Below, piece by piece: positions 28,929 through 38,426 of a DNA stretch of 64,000 nucleotides. A model generated the notes under the pieces. The model was not told where the DNA came from and did no database searches. It was given only the letters and a program-made list of their open reading frames with translations. The DNA is taken from IMG/VR virus record IMGVR_UViG_3300042566_001512, positions 62,001 through 126,000 of that record; one strand, written 5' to 3'. Each line of letters starts with the position of its first letter. Position 1 is the stretch's first letter. The position numbers were made by a program, and so were the translations under genes.

Positions 28929-29078
28929 AATATTCTTAAAGACACTAATCAAAAAGAACGTTCATGGGCTGAAGACACCTCTCATGAAAATGGGCTATAA
29001 GCATGTGAGTGCGTAGTTTGCCTTAGGTCTTTCAATGGACACAATCGGCGAGTTGTCTGCAGGTCTTGTGGTTCGTAG
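28929..29078 (+). pseudogene. Zn-ribbon remnant in frame with the upstream ORF, with an internal TAA
   Basis: RSWAEDTSHENGL*ACECVVCLRSFNGHNRRVVCRSCGS*. Confidence 0.45.
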
Positions 29079-29163
29079 CCAACCAATATACTGATTTTTG
29101 TTTTCTTTTAAGTGTAGTTAGGCATTAACCTACTTCATGTTCATGGCTTTTTAGGACTTCATC

Positions 29164-29649
29164 ATGTGTGCTATTAATTTTACCGTTGCGCAGCTATTTG
29201 CCATTGCGGCGGGTGTTTCGTTTTCGGTCATCTGCGCCATCTCTCTAATCATTATCGTTTTCTTGAACATCGATAATCTTCGAAATCCTGTTAATAATAA
29301 ACTTGAATTTGATGACTGGTTTGTTAGACAATTCATCTCGCTATTTAACCGGCAGTGTGGTAATCGCTGGTACGAATCAAGGGCCCATTTGCGCCGAGGC
29401 GTATTCGTATCTCTGCTGTGCGCATTTAGCTTGATCGATATTGTGCGTTATGAATTCGAGACTGGAGAATACGGCCGGTTTGTAACAGGTGCCAAGTTTT
29501 ATTTGGGGTTTAGGTCCTACCGTGCACTTCTGAAGAAAGTAATATCGGACAAAAACAAGGTACAGTCTTCTATCAAGGAAGCACAATACTTTTCCCAAGT
29601 GTTTATTGCCGGTCATAACGTGGCTTATTCCATCTACGATGAAAACTAA
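29164..29649 (+). CDS. Membrane-anchored hypothetical protein, paralogue of 35895-36389
   Basis: N-terminal TM; shares CGNRWYESRA and GVFVSLLC with the paralogue. Confidence 0.7.
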   Translation: MCAINFTVAQLFAIAAGVSFSVICAISLIIIVFLNIDNLRNPVNNKLEFDDWFVRQFISLFNRQCGNRWYESRAHLRRGVFVSLLCAFSLIDIVRYEFETGEYGRFVTGAKFYLGFRSYRALLKKVISDKNKVQSSIKEAQYFSQVFIAGHNVAYSIYDEN

Positions 29650-29707
29650 TTAATAGAAATCATAAACCCCACCATGGCAATAGACCATGGTGGGGTTTAT
29701 TCTGTAT

Positions 29708-29890
29708 TTATTTTTTTAAACAGTGCACGGCGCTTGCATTCCTGTTGCAATAATCTATCCAGCCCACTGGCGCGGGAGCCTCATCTAGCGGTTTAAATTC
29801 CTCCGGTTTAGGTGAACAACTAATAAGAAGTGCAGTTAAAGTGGCTATTACAATTTGTACCATTTGTTTTTTATTTGAATTTTGTCCCAC
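29708..29890 (-). CDS. Small lipoprotein carrying a BTLCP N-terminal-like motif
   Basis: Basic N-region, hydrophobic core and LISC lipobox; APAPVGWIDYCNRNASAVHC. Confidence 0.7.
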   Translation of the reverse strand: MGQNSNKKQMVQIVIATLTALLISCSPKPEEFKPLDEAPAPVGWIDYCNRNASAVHCLKK

Positions 29891-30210
29891 TTATATGGAA
29901 GATCCTGTTTAATCATTGGGTTTTTGTATCTGTTATCCAGAACATAGTCCCCTGCTGGCAAAGTGACAATAAGCACAGCGTGATATCCTTGAGTTTCAAC
30001 CCAGCAGGTTGCTAATTTTAAATTGTCGGGGTTTAAACCTTTTTCTATTAAGAGTTTCCTCTTCTTCAAAGCGTAATCTTCACAGTCTCCATATTTCAAT
30101 GGAATTTCCCAATACTCGGTTTTTCCATGAACATTTATATCTGATCTATAAACGATTTCTGTATTAACCTTTTGGTTAATTTCAATCAAATCTTTAAGCG
30201 TCAGGCTCAT
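29848..30210 (-). CDS. Transglutaminase-like cysteine peptidase (BTLCP/C93, LapG-like), catalytic domain only
   Basis: GDCEDYALKKR (Cys), YHAVLIV (His), VLDN (Asp). Confidence 0.9.
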   Translation of the reverse strand: MSLTLKDLIEINQKVNTEIVYRSDINVHGKTEYWEIPLKYGDCEDYALKKRKLLIEKGLNPDNLKLATCWVETQGYHAVLIVTLPAGDYVLDNRYKNPMIKQDLPYKWDKIQIKNKWYKL

Positions 30211-30532
30211 CTTGAATAACTTCTTGAACAGGATGAAGATTCAATTCTGATAGAACTGCTTGAAGATCCCCAAATTTAATGATTCTTGTCCAATCAACTT
30301 GGTTAGAAATGGATTCTAACTCGGAATTGTAAAAATAGCCAGAAGTTAGGCAGTGAGTAGCTGGTGCGTTTTCTTCTGTGCTAGTGGTAAACTTCGTAGA
30401 AAAATAATCAGGAAAGTCTTGCTTAGCACGTTCCTGGAATTCAATTGGGACAATGACTGTAGCAAAAGTGGATTGCATTTTAGATTCCTTGTTAGATAGG
30501 TGTTTTTTGTTGTACGTACTTTTCGGTAGCAA
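30194..30532 (-). CDS. Small hypothetical protein in the tail-associated cassette
   Basis: Overlaps both neighbours; true start may be the internal Met (MQSTFAT). Confidence 0.55.
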   Translation of the reverse strand: MLPKSTYNKKHLSNKESKMQSTFATVIVPIEFQERAKQDFPDYFSTKFTTSTEENAPATHCLTSGYFYNSELESISNQVDWTRIIKFGDLQAVLSELNLHPVQEVIQDEPDA

Positions 30533-32291
30533 TAATCTGCTCGGTTGAGCTTTGTGCGCCGCGGACGATCAGGCTGTAGATGCGGCCGTTGAGCCAAAGC
30601 GAAGAGCCAGCGCGAGCGCCGATGTAGAGCGGGTTGTTTGCAAACTTTGTCTTTGTATTTATGCCACCTGATGCGTCTGTAAGCGTCTCTTGCGCTCCAT
30701 TAACATTTAATCTCATGGCGCTGGAAAAATTACCTGCATCTGAATCTGCTATATAAGTCAAAACTGAACTGTTCGGAGCGTTCTTATTTGTTGTACGGCC
30801 AGACCAAAATGCAGCGTTGCTTGTACCAATTCCGACAGCATAGCCAGTCAATGAGCTAGATACGCTAGAGTGCACGCTAAATGAAGCCCACGTTGATCCG
30901 TTGAAACTCTCAACAATTACGGGGAAAGTAGCATCACTCAACTTCCGCACCCCAGCCCACACCGTCATCTTGTCGGTGCTGGTGAAGTTGATGCTGTTCG
31001 TCTGCATCCAGCTATTCGTGCCGTTGAAGCGCAGGTACATCGGGAACGCTGTTGTGTCATAGTCCCCAACTAAACTCCCAACGCGCTGATAGGGTGGTAA
31101 ATTTGCCCCCTCATTGGTAACGCGTAAATCAAATTCACTTACATCATAAGATTCCCCACCAGTACACGTCAGATTGCCGTTGCCTGACGCACCGCGAATA
31201 AAAATATGCGGTGCTGTAAATGCGTGCGTACTGACTACTGACAAAAACAGCCTGTAACTATTGCTTTCGCCTTGAATAGCAACCAATGACGCAGTACCGC
31301 CCAATGAGTTAGCATTACTGCTGCCTATTTGACCAGTCCCAAGATTTACGTAAGCATTGACCGCAAAAGTTGCATTGATGTTATATACTTGAACGTAAAC
31401 CCAATCAACATTTACTTTTTTTATCTTAACACTAAAAGTGTGTAGCGTATTATTAGCTTGGGACCCAACACTAATGACACGACTGACGTTTGCGGTTCCT
31501 GGGGTTGAAACAGTAAAAATAGACCCAGAAATTACGGCATTTGTGGGCGTAAATGTTGAAATGTTATTGGTAGCTGTTAACAAGTTGTACCGAGCCGACA
31601 GCACAGGCCGATTGGCCGCGGTGGACTGCGTGGCGTGGTTGCCGGGGAGTTCTTTTGCTGTAATGTTGTCGTAATCAACCGTTGCTGTAGCCGATGTGTT
31701 GAAAATACGGCAGTGCAGGTAGAGCGTGGTTGTCGCTGTTGCGGTGTAAATGAATGACTTTTCTCCGTCAGTTGAAGAGATGTCACTACCAGCAATAAGT
31801 GTGGAAGACGCTGCGTCAGCTCCATTACGCAAAGCAAGTTGTACTGTTGTAAACGACCCATTAACCAGAGTCACCCCACAGCTTATTTTGTAGGTCTTGC
31901 CAGAAATAACAGGAAACGCTTGGTATGCAGATTTACCTTGTGATTCGGCAATTGTTGTCGAAACTCGCAGCTTCCCAGAAACCCAAGAAATATTCGAAGC
32001 AGCACTGCCAGCAGTCCACCCATTGATATTTGTATCAAACGTGCCGTTCGTCACCAACTCAGGACCAAGCACCAGCCCCATTCTCTTGTCCAGCATCAGC
32101 CCAACTGGTTTCTCCACTGTAGTAATCGGAATAGTACCGGCGCTATCCTCAAATAGAGTACTCATGTCGCTAGGGTCCCACCATGCGCCCGGCTCTCCAG
32201 AAGAAAAAAGATTTTTTACATAAAGCTCTTCGCTCATTAATGTTGCAACGGCCTGAGCGATTGCCGTTAGTCTAGTGGACCTAAGTAGCAT
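30492..32291 (-). CDS. Putative tail fibre/appendage protein with carbohydrate-binding and LamG-like domains
   Basis: GAWWDPSDMSTLFEDSAG, GPELVTNGTFDT, SGKTYKIS, and PLYIGARAGSSLWLNGRIYSLIVRG. Confidence 0.6.
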   Translation of the reverse strand: MLLRSTRLTAIAQAVATLMSEELYVKNLFSSGEPGAWWDPSDMSTLFEDSAGTIPITTVEKPVGLMLDKRMGLVLGPELVTNGTFDTNINGWTAGSAASNISWVSGKLRVSTTIAESQGKSAYQAFPVISGKTYKISCGVTLVNGSFTTVQLALRNGADAASSTLIAGSDISSTDGEKSFIYTATATTTLYLHCRIFNTSATATVDYDNITAKELPGNHATQSTAANRPVLSARYNLLTATNNISTFTPTNAVISGSIFTVSTPGTANVSRVISVGSQANNTLHTFSVKIKKVNVDWVYVQVYNINATFAVNAYVNLGTGQIGSSNANSLGGTASLVAIQGESNSYRLFLSVVSTHAFTAPHIFIRGASGNGNLTCTGGESYDVSEFDLRVTNEGANLPPYQRVGSLVGDYDTTAFPMYLRFNGTNSWMQTNSINFTSTDKMTVWAGVRKLSDATFPVIVESFNGSTWASFSVHSSVSSSLTGYAVGIGTSNAAFWSGRTTNKNAPNSSVLTYIADSDAGNFSSAMRLNVNGAQETLTDASGGINTKTKFANNPLYIGARAGSSLWLNGRIYSLIVRGAQSSTEQIIATEKYVQQKTPI

Positions 32292-32294
32292 TTA

Positions 32295-33410
32295 TCACCC
32301 CAGTTCTGTTATTTCTAATATACCGTTTACGCTGCTGGCGGAGTCTCTGATAGCTGCTATAGAGGAACCAGCGACCACTCCTAAATCTAGGCGCTCATCT
32401 TGACCTATAAAGTGACTACTGGATGAATTGGCTGATAAATTACCCACGCCCACCACATAGCGAATGTTGCTGTTTCTTGCTCTTATAGATATTCTTTTAC
32501 ACGTCTCGGTCAATGTAGACTGAGAAGTAGTTGCGTTTGCTGCCAACTGACGAGCTACCAATGGAACACTTAACGGCTCTACCGGTATTCTTTGTAAACC
32601 GGGATCTATCTCTTCCAAGGATATCTTCAAATTCCCGCCAGCTGTGGCGTGTATATTAGTGTAATTGCCATTAGGCATAGCTGCAGCCAATACAGCCTTT
32701 ATTAGTTCGGCATCATTTTCGCCAGTTATGTTGTCGCCCACCCTGTGGCTCGATGGTTTTACATAACCTTGTTTATATATAGTGTTTATGAAAAAGCCTT
32801 CGGTTCCCTGTGTTCCGTTTATGTATTTTATACGAAAATATTTTCCACCCGGCGCCATGGAGTAAATACTAATACCCGCTGATTGATTATAACTATAACT
32901 CTCTAAATCATACCAGCTTTGTTGATTATTAGAGGCTTGAAATAATATTCCGTTGTTAGCAGACGGGACATTAGATCTTAAAGATACCAATATAGTTCCA
33001 TATTGGCTAACTTCGTCTGGCTGACCTGTAAAGGTGCCATTTGCCAATAGTTGCGCAACGGTGCTGTTGTTTGTGCTACTAAAAGAACTTATCTTTACGG
33101 GTACAGGCGTTGATTCGTCGTTATTTATAGTGGTAATGGTAGACGAAGCCGCATGAACGGTTACTACGGCGGTGTATACGTTACCAAGGCCTCTGACATA
33201 CAGGCTCTCTTGATTTGAATTTACTACAGTGGTCTCACCTATCTTAAGGTGCTGACCGTCTGTTTCGTTATCAGGAACTTCACTTTTTGGCCATATGTAG
33301 ACGGAACCTTTAGATTTATTTTGTATGAATACGTCCTTGTCGTTAGTTACGCCCAACTCAGCATAAAGGTCGACCCATTCGTTATTTAGTTGTATTTCTT
33401 TAGCGATCAT
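32295..33410 (-). CDS. Putative virion structural protein
   Basis: Beta-strand and S/T/N-rich 371-aa ORF in the cassette. Confidence 0.45.
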   Translation of the reverse strand: MIAKEIQLNNEWVDLYAELGVTNDKDVFIQNKSKGSVYIWPKSEVPDNETDGQHLKIGETTVVNSNQESLYVRGLGNVYTAVVTVHAASSTITTINNDESTPVPVKISSFSSTNNSTVAQLLANGTFTGQPDEVSQYGTILVSLRSNVPSANNGILFQASNNQQSWYDLESYSYNQSAGISIYSMAPGGKYFRIKYINGTQGTEGFFINTIYKQGYVKPSSHRVGDNITGENDAELIKAVLAAAMPNGNYTNIHATAGGNLKISLEEIDPGLQRIPVEPLSVPLVARQLAANATTSQSTLTETCKRISIRARNSNIRYVVGVGNLSANSSSSHFIGQDERLDLGVVAGSSIAAIRDSASSVNGILEITELG

Positions 33411-33439
33411 TTCTTTTCCTTTTATAAACAGACAAATTG

Positions 33440-33934
33440 TTAAGCTTCGTTAGTGGAAACAGTTCCAGAATTTGACACAATATTGAGTTTACCGTTGGAC
33501 GGCATAGACACTTCCTTTGGCCAATAGTAACCCACTACGCGACCTTTGTCGAATTTAGCAACAGTTACGGAGTTACCTTGATTACCACCTAATACAGATA
33601 GGAAGCCGTCGGTGGTCTGACCCATTACAAAACCAACATGACCGCCTCCGGCCCGTTTAAATACTACTACGCAGCCATTTACTGGAGAACTCAATTTAAC
33701 GCCCCATTCGGCCCAGGCCAGAGCCCTCATCCAGTTATTAGGTACAGAAATATTGCAAGTCTTCATGCAATGTGCTACAAATGTGCCGCACCAAGGAGTC
33801 TCGTCCTCACTCCACCATGCTTTTAAAGATTTCAACCAGCCAAGGATAACAGAGTTGTGTTTAGGTCCCGGTATCTCTTTTAGCCCGATGTGCTTCTTGG
33901 CTTCTACAATCCATGGATAGTCCATTTTAATCAC
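33440..33934 (-). CDS. TIGR02594-like CHAP/NlpC peptidoglycan hydrolase
   Basis: PWIVEAKKHIGLKEIPG, DETPWCGTFV (Cys), GGGHVGFV (His) and LGGNQ. Confidence 0.85.
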   Translation of the reverse strand: MIKMDYPWIVEAKKHIGLKEIPGPKHNSVILGWLKSLKAWWSEDETPWCGTFVAHCMKTCNISVPNNWMRALAWAEWGVKLSSPVNGCVVVFKRAGGGHVGFVMGQTTDGFLSVLGGNQGNSVTVAKFDKGRVVGYYWPKEVSMPSNGKLNIVSNSGTVSTNEA

Positions 33935-34170
33935 CTTTAAAAAATATCAATATACCAAACAAACCAGTCACTCCATTATTAATAAAATAAAATGCTTTTA
34001 TTTTTTGGAATGAAATAAATATCAATTACATATTACTCACCTGCGGCAATGCTAATAAGGGCCACGCAAATGCAAACTACCAGGATAGCAATAAAATACA
34101 TAGAATCAAACTTTCATTAAGTTTATTGTTAGCAGCCATTTTTTTGATACCAAATTTAATTAAATAAATT

Positions 34171-34680
34171 ATGCCAAAAAGAATCTCTAAAAACCAACTC
34201 GCGCTCATTCGTGAACGCTATCACGGTGCCTATATCGGCAGGGCCTTTACTATCTTGGCACTCAATCTACAAATACTTAGGAATAAAAAGAAGCTCACAG
34301 CTCTGGAGGCCAGTGAGAAATCCGGAGTATCTCTACGAGTCATAGATGCACTAGAGAGTGCTAGACCCGTTAATATTAATCCAATCCATATTGACGATTT
34401 GATTGCCCTTGTTGTGTTCTACGACGCAGGATTGGTCGAGAGGTTCGTATCTTTGCTTAGCGGTACCTGTAAAGAAGAAACCGTGATTCGGGAACTGGTA
34501 GATTCCATAAGTGGCATCATTCAGGATAACGAAACTATCTCAAAAGTAGAGCATTACAAGATCCTGGCTGAGAAAGATCTGCAAATCCACCAACTCGAAC
34601 AACGCCTCAAGGGCGCAAACAACATGACTAAGTCCTACATGGGCGAATTCGAGAAACGTGGCCTGGTGTACATTCCGTAA
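34171..34680 (+). CDS. XRE-family HTH protein
   Basis: LQILRNKKKLTALEASEKSGVSLRVIDALES. Confidence 0.65.
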   Translation: MPKRISKNQLALIRERYHGAYIGRAFTILALNLQILRNKKKLTALEASEKSGVSLRVIDALESARPVNINPIHIDDLIALVVFYDAGLVERFVSLLSGTCKEETVIRELVDSISGIIQDNETISKVEHYKILAEKDLQIHQLEQRLKGANNMTKSYMGEFEKRGLVYIP

Positions 34681-34710
34681 TCTACTACACTCTACCCAAG
34701 AAAGCCAAAC

Positions 34711-35046
34711 ATGTCAACAAATTCTAAACTCGATAACACAATCGGTTACGTAGTGCCAGAAGAAGAATTCGGTAAAACGATAGATGGCTTTGGGGCTGTA
34801 GTAGGTAAGACTAAAACAGGGCACAGGCTCGTCGTGGCCGATACTGGTATTTGGGTAGCCGATGAGCAGCGGGTCTTCTTTAACTATGCCTATATCGATC
34901 GTGAAGATAACCAAGTGACTCTTACAGATGCAGAGGTAGTAAATCTAGTTACACGCATCGTAGAGAATCAATATGATCTAACCATCGAATCCATCGAGAA
35001 AGAACTCTTCCCTACGCTGCGCCTGATGCAAAAAGAACAGGCGTGA
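34711..35046 (+). CDS. Hypothetical protein
   Basis: 111-aa ORF. Confidence 0.6.
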   Translation: MSTNSKLDNTIGYVVPEEEFGKTIDGFGAVVGKTKTGHRLVVADTGIWVADEQRVFFNYAYIDREDNQVTLTDAEVVNLVTRIVENQYDLTIESIEKELFPTLRLMQKEQA

Positions 35047-35076
35047 AGCAGCGGTCGTTTATTCGATTCCAGTTAG

Positions 35077-35122
35077 TTTCAGTCACATATATCTAAGGTG
35101 AATAGAAGCACTATTGCTTCTA
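35077..35122 (+). promoter_or_regulatory. Promoter-like motif plus leader hairpin, repeated at 63080
   Basis: TTTCAGTCACATATATCTAAG(G/C)TGAATAGAAGCA, 33/34 identical to 63080-63113; TAGAAGCA/TGCTTCTA hairpin. Confidence 0.6.
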
Positions 35123-35144
35123 CCCATTCATTAAAGGAACTATA

Positions 35145-35519
35145 ATGTCCGATAAAACTCTTCACGGTGCACAGATCCCGTTTCGAGGCGCATGTAACAC
35201 CGGTCTTCACACTGACTCTTTTGGTGTCGGTGACATGCATCTTTCTCTCCATCGGCCACATGCAAAATACCAGTGGCTAGATTTGGGTAGGATTAACTTC
35301 TCTAATCCTACGCCGGATCAGCTACTGGATGCAGCTACTGCACCTGCGTATAGCCCAGGTGCAAAGGCGTATTCGGACATTTGTAGACGTCCGTCGTTCA
35401 AACAAGCACAGGTCATCAGCGCCATGATCATCATTATGCTAAACAAGTCCTTTAATGGTACTGTCCCCGCTGACGATGAAATTGATGAGTTTCTCATCGA
35501 TTGGAAAAGCAAGCAGTAG
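35145..35519 (+). CDS. Hypothetical protein
   Basis: AAAGGA RBS; 124 aa. Confidence 0.65.
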   Translation: MSDKTLHGAQIPFRGACNTGLHTDSFGVGDMHLSLHRPHAKYQWLDLGRINFSNPTPDQLLDAATAPAYSPGAKAYSDICRRPSFKQAQVISAMIIIMLNKSFNGTVPADDEIDEFLIDWKSKQ

Positions 35520-35648
35520 TTTGCAGAACCCTAACTTTCGATAATGAGTGCCTGTCTAAAACAGTTATTCATTAGTGATCTTCAAACGATCCCAATTTCA
35601 ATAAGGAGAATCACTATGTTACGTTCGTAACTATTGTAAAGGATCGAT

Positions 35649-35816
35649 ATGCAAGGTAAAGGCTTCTACCGTAAAACCAATACACCTGGCCCAGGTGGGT
35701 GGAGGTGCCCGTGCTGTGCTCCAGCATCTGGACAGCCTAAAAAGAAAGCCAAAAGAAAAGCTAGGAAAATCTTCACTCGTTTGATCGATAAGATCGAACA
35801 CCCCGGCGATGAGTAA
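35649..35816 (+). CDS. Small basic Cys-motif protein (55 aa), absent from the ORF track
   Basis: AAAGGA RBS; GPGGWRCPCC followed by a K/R-rich helix. Confidence 0.6.
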   Translation: MQGKGFYRKTNTPGPGGWRCPCCAPASGQPKKKAKRKARKIFTRLIDKIEHPGDE

Positions 35817-35894
35817 ATAGCGGATTCATTCCTGTAAATATATAGCCCCGGATAATTCCGGGGCTATATGACCACACATTCAAGGATAACCATC

Positions 35895-36389
35895 ATGAGC
35901 CTTCACAATTTCACTACCACCGAGCTGTTTGCAATTGCAGCCGGTATTACATTTGCACTCATTTGCGCATCCATCCCGGTGATCATTGTAATCTCGAATA
36001 TTGATGAGCCGCGTAGCCCTGTCGACAATAAACTCCGTTTTGACAATTGGTTTGTCAGGAATTTCTTATCTTTGTTCAACAAACAGTGCGGTAATCGCTG
36101 GTACGAATCAAGAGCACTTTTGTATCGCGGCGTTTTCGTATCTCTGCTGTGTACATTTGGCCTGATTGATATCGTGCGATACGAGTTCGAAAGAGAAGGT
36201 CACGATAACTGGTTTGTCTATGAAGTCAAATACTACGTCGGTTTTAGGACCTACAGCAGCCTCCTGAAGAAGACGCAGATCGACATTCCGAAGGTGCAAG
36301 AAAAGACAAAAGAAGCCGGATACTTCTACCAGGTGTTCATAGCTGGACATAACGTCGTGTACGATTACACGGATTCGTGGGGAGAGTAA
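35895..36389 (+). CDS. Membrane-anchored hypothetical protein, paralogue of 29164-29649
   Basis: AAGGA RBS before ATG 35895; long shared peptides. Confidence 0.7.
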   Translation: MSLHNFTTTELFAIAAGITFALICASIPVIIVISNIDEPRSPVDNKLRFDNWFVRNFLSLFNKQCGNRWYESRALLYRGVFVSLLCTFGLIDIVRYEFEREGHDNWFVYEVKYYVGFRTYSSLLKKTQIDIPKVQEKTKEAGYFYQVFIAGHNVVYDYTDSWGE

Positions 36390-36490
36390 AGTAGTGAGCG
36401 TACCAGAGTAACTTTCGTTACTCTGGCGCTACGACTAATTTTTCTTTTTGTTTGAAATCCTGTGTACATTTACTCTATAAAGGAATATTG

Positions 36491-37075
36491 ATGGCAAAAG
36501 AGATTACATGGGACCCTAGGTTTGCTCCTAGTTATACACCTGAGGAAATGCTAAAATTAGGTGTATTTGAGGGCAAGTATATTAACAATATAAAGAGCAT
36601 TCCTGCTAGCTGGAAGAAGATACCAAAGGTGCTAGGTCCTAACGATGAACCAGATCCCACAATCAATAAGTACGGAGTAAAGTCACGGCAAGGACTCTCC
36701 GTATGGAAGAAGAATGGCTGGATAAAAACTGATAAAAATGGTTGGTTTTCTTGGTTTATAAATTATTATTTAGGACGAAGGCTAGGGCAGGAAGATGATT
36801 GGCAAATCGGTAGATGGAACTCTTTCGTAGCCAGACATCAGGGGCAAATAAATGCTGATCCTAAGAGTAAAAATAAAGACCATAGGCTAGCCCAAAAGCA
36901 GGCCTTGCTCCAGTGGGGTGTCGAGTGGAGCACCTCAATGACCTATGAACAGCGTCTTAGAAACGCAAAGCGTGTTGCTAAGTTGGCAGGTGTTTCGCTA
37001 GGCGAAGTCCTTGATAAGAAATCTATTTCTCAAGAAACTATTGTTATTGTTCCAAAATACACTGAATGGTTATAA
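36491..37075 (+). CDS. Conserved uncharacterised protein, probably head-packaged
   Basis: AAGGA RBS; TPEEMLKLGVF, GWFSWFINYYLGRR, QIGRW; ends SQE...PKYTEWL. Confidence 0.75.
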   Translation: MAKEITWDPRFAPSYTPEEMLKLGVFEGKYINNIKSIPASWKKIPKVLGPNDEPDPTINKYGVKSRQGLSVWKKNGWIKTDKNGWFSWFINYYLGRRLGQEDDWQIGRWNSFVARHQGQINADPKSKNKDHRLAQKQALLQWGVEWSTSMTYEQRLRNAKRVAKLAGVSLGEVLDKKSISQETIVIVPKYTEWL

Positions 37076-38426
37076 ATAATACCACGAATAATATTCGTGG
37101 TATTATGCTGTTACTTGTTTTTGTATTAATAAACAACTACATATTACTTATTTGATTTAACTTTAAATAGATGTAACATGTTAAAAGACACTTTTTTAAA
37201 TAAGCTAAAAGAAAATAACCTTACTCATCTTGAAAAATATGATTATTCCCTAGTACCAAATGAGTTTACCACTACCAGATATAGTAATAAAATTAAGATA
37301 ATTTGCCCTGAACACGGTATATTTGAACAAAATACACGCGCTCACCTGGCTGGCGCTGATTGCAGGCTATGTATAAGAAAACGCATTACCGATACCGCCG
37401 AGTCGTTTATTACCAAAGCCAAAATAAAACACGCTAACCGTTACGATTACTCTAAAGTCATTTATAAAAACAGTTCAACACATGTAATTATTGTTTGTCC
37501 TAAACATGGCGCGTTCATTCAGGTTCCAGGTGCCCACTTAAGCGGTAAAGGGTGTGCGGAGTGCGGAAAAGAAATTATGATGAGTAAGCTTAAGTCAACT
37601 AATGAGGAATTTATTTCAAAGGCCAAATCAAAGCACAGTGATAAATATAGTTATGATCTTGTAGACTATAAAAATAATGTTAAAAAGATAACTATTACTT
37701 GTCCCGATCATGGTAACTTTTTACAGATACCATCTGATCATTTAAGCGGTAGAGGTTGCCCGCAGTGTGCAAAAAATAGTTTTGCAGCTAAAATGAAATA
37801 CACCAATCAAGATTTTATAGAAAAAGCAAATTGTAAACATAATTTTAAATACGCTTATAATAAAGTAAACTATATAAACGACAAAATCAAAGTAATAATT
37901 TCTTGCCCAGTAAGAAACCACGGGGATTTTAGTCAAGTGCCTAATCAGCACCTGCATGGTCAGGGTTGCCCAAAGTGTAGAGAATCTTTTGGTGAAAGGT
38001 TTATTTCTCAAATTTTAGATAACTATAAAATCGATTATAAAAGAGAATATAAAATAAATGGATATAAGTACAAGTATGATTTTTACTTACCTAAATACGA
38101 TATCTATATTGAATATCATGGTAGACAGCACTATCACGCGATTAAGTATTTTGGTGGCGTTAAAGCCTTAAAATATATAAAAAGAAACGATAAAATAAAA
38201 GAAGAATTAATAAAGCGATCAACTGGAATGTTAATAGTTATTAAACACACGTTCAACACTTTTGGAAAAATCGAAGATGAGATACTAAGATTAATATCAG
38301 TAATACATCCTCCGTTTTTAAGTGATTTAAGCACGCTAGGGGCTTCTGTTGCTAATTCAAAAATATATTTAATTAATAATGGAATTGTGTATTTTAGAAA
38401 ATAATTTAATCCTTGCTCCAGTGGGG
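36903..38426 (+). mobile_element. Endonuclease element flanked by 16-bp direct repeats, carrying a replacement 3' end of its target gene
   Basis: CCTTGCTCCAGTGGGG at 36903 and 38411; homologous C-termini follow both copies. Confidence 0.7.
37178..38404 (+). CDS. Putative homing endonuclease with Zn-ribbon repeats and a PD-(D/E)XK/Vsr-like domain
   Basis: Four 'I.CP.HG.F.Q....HL.G.GC..C' repeats; ESFGE...YDFYLPKYDIYIEYHGRQHY. Confidence 0.8.
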   Translation: MLKDTFLNKLKENNLTHLEKYDYSLVPNEFTTTRYSNKIKIICPEHGIFEQNTRAHLAGADCRLCIRKRITDTAESFITKAKIKHANRYDYSKVIYKNSSTHVIIVCPKHGAFIQVPGAHLSGKGCAECGKEIMMSKLKSTNEEFISKAKSKHSDKYSYDLVDYKNNVKKITITCPDHGNFLQIPSDHLSGRGCPQCAKNSFAAKMKYTNQDFIEKANCKHNFKYAYNKVNYINDKIKVIISCPVRNHGDFSQVPNQHLHGQGCPKCRESFGERFISQILDNYKIDYKREYKINGYKYKYDFYLPKYDIYIEYHGRQHYHAIKYFGGVKALKYIKRNDKIKEELIKRSTGMLIVIKHTFNTFGKIEDEILRLISVIHPPFLSDLSTLGASVANSKIYLINNGIVYFRK

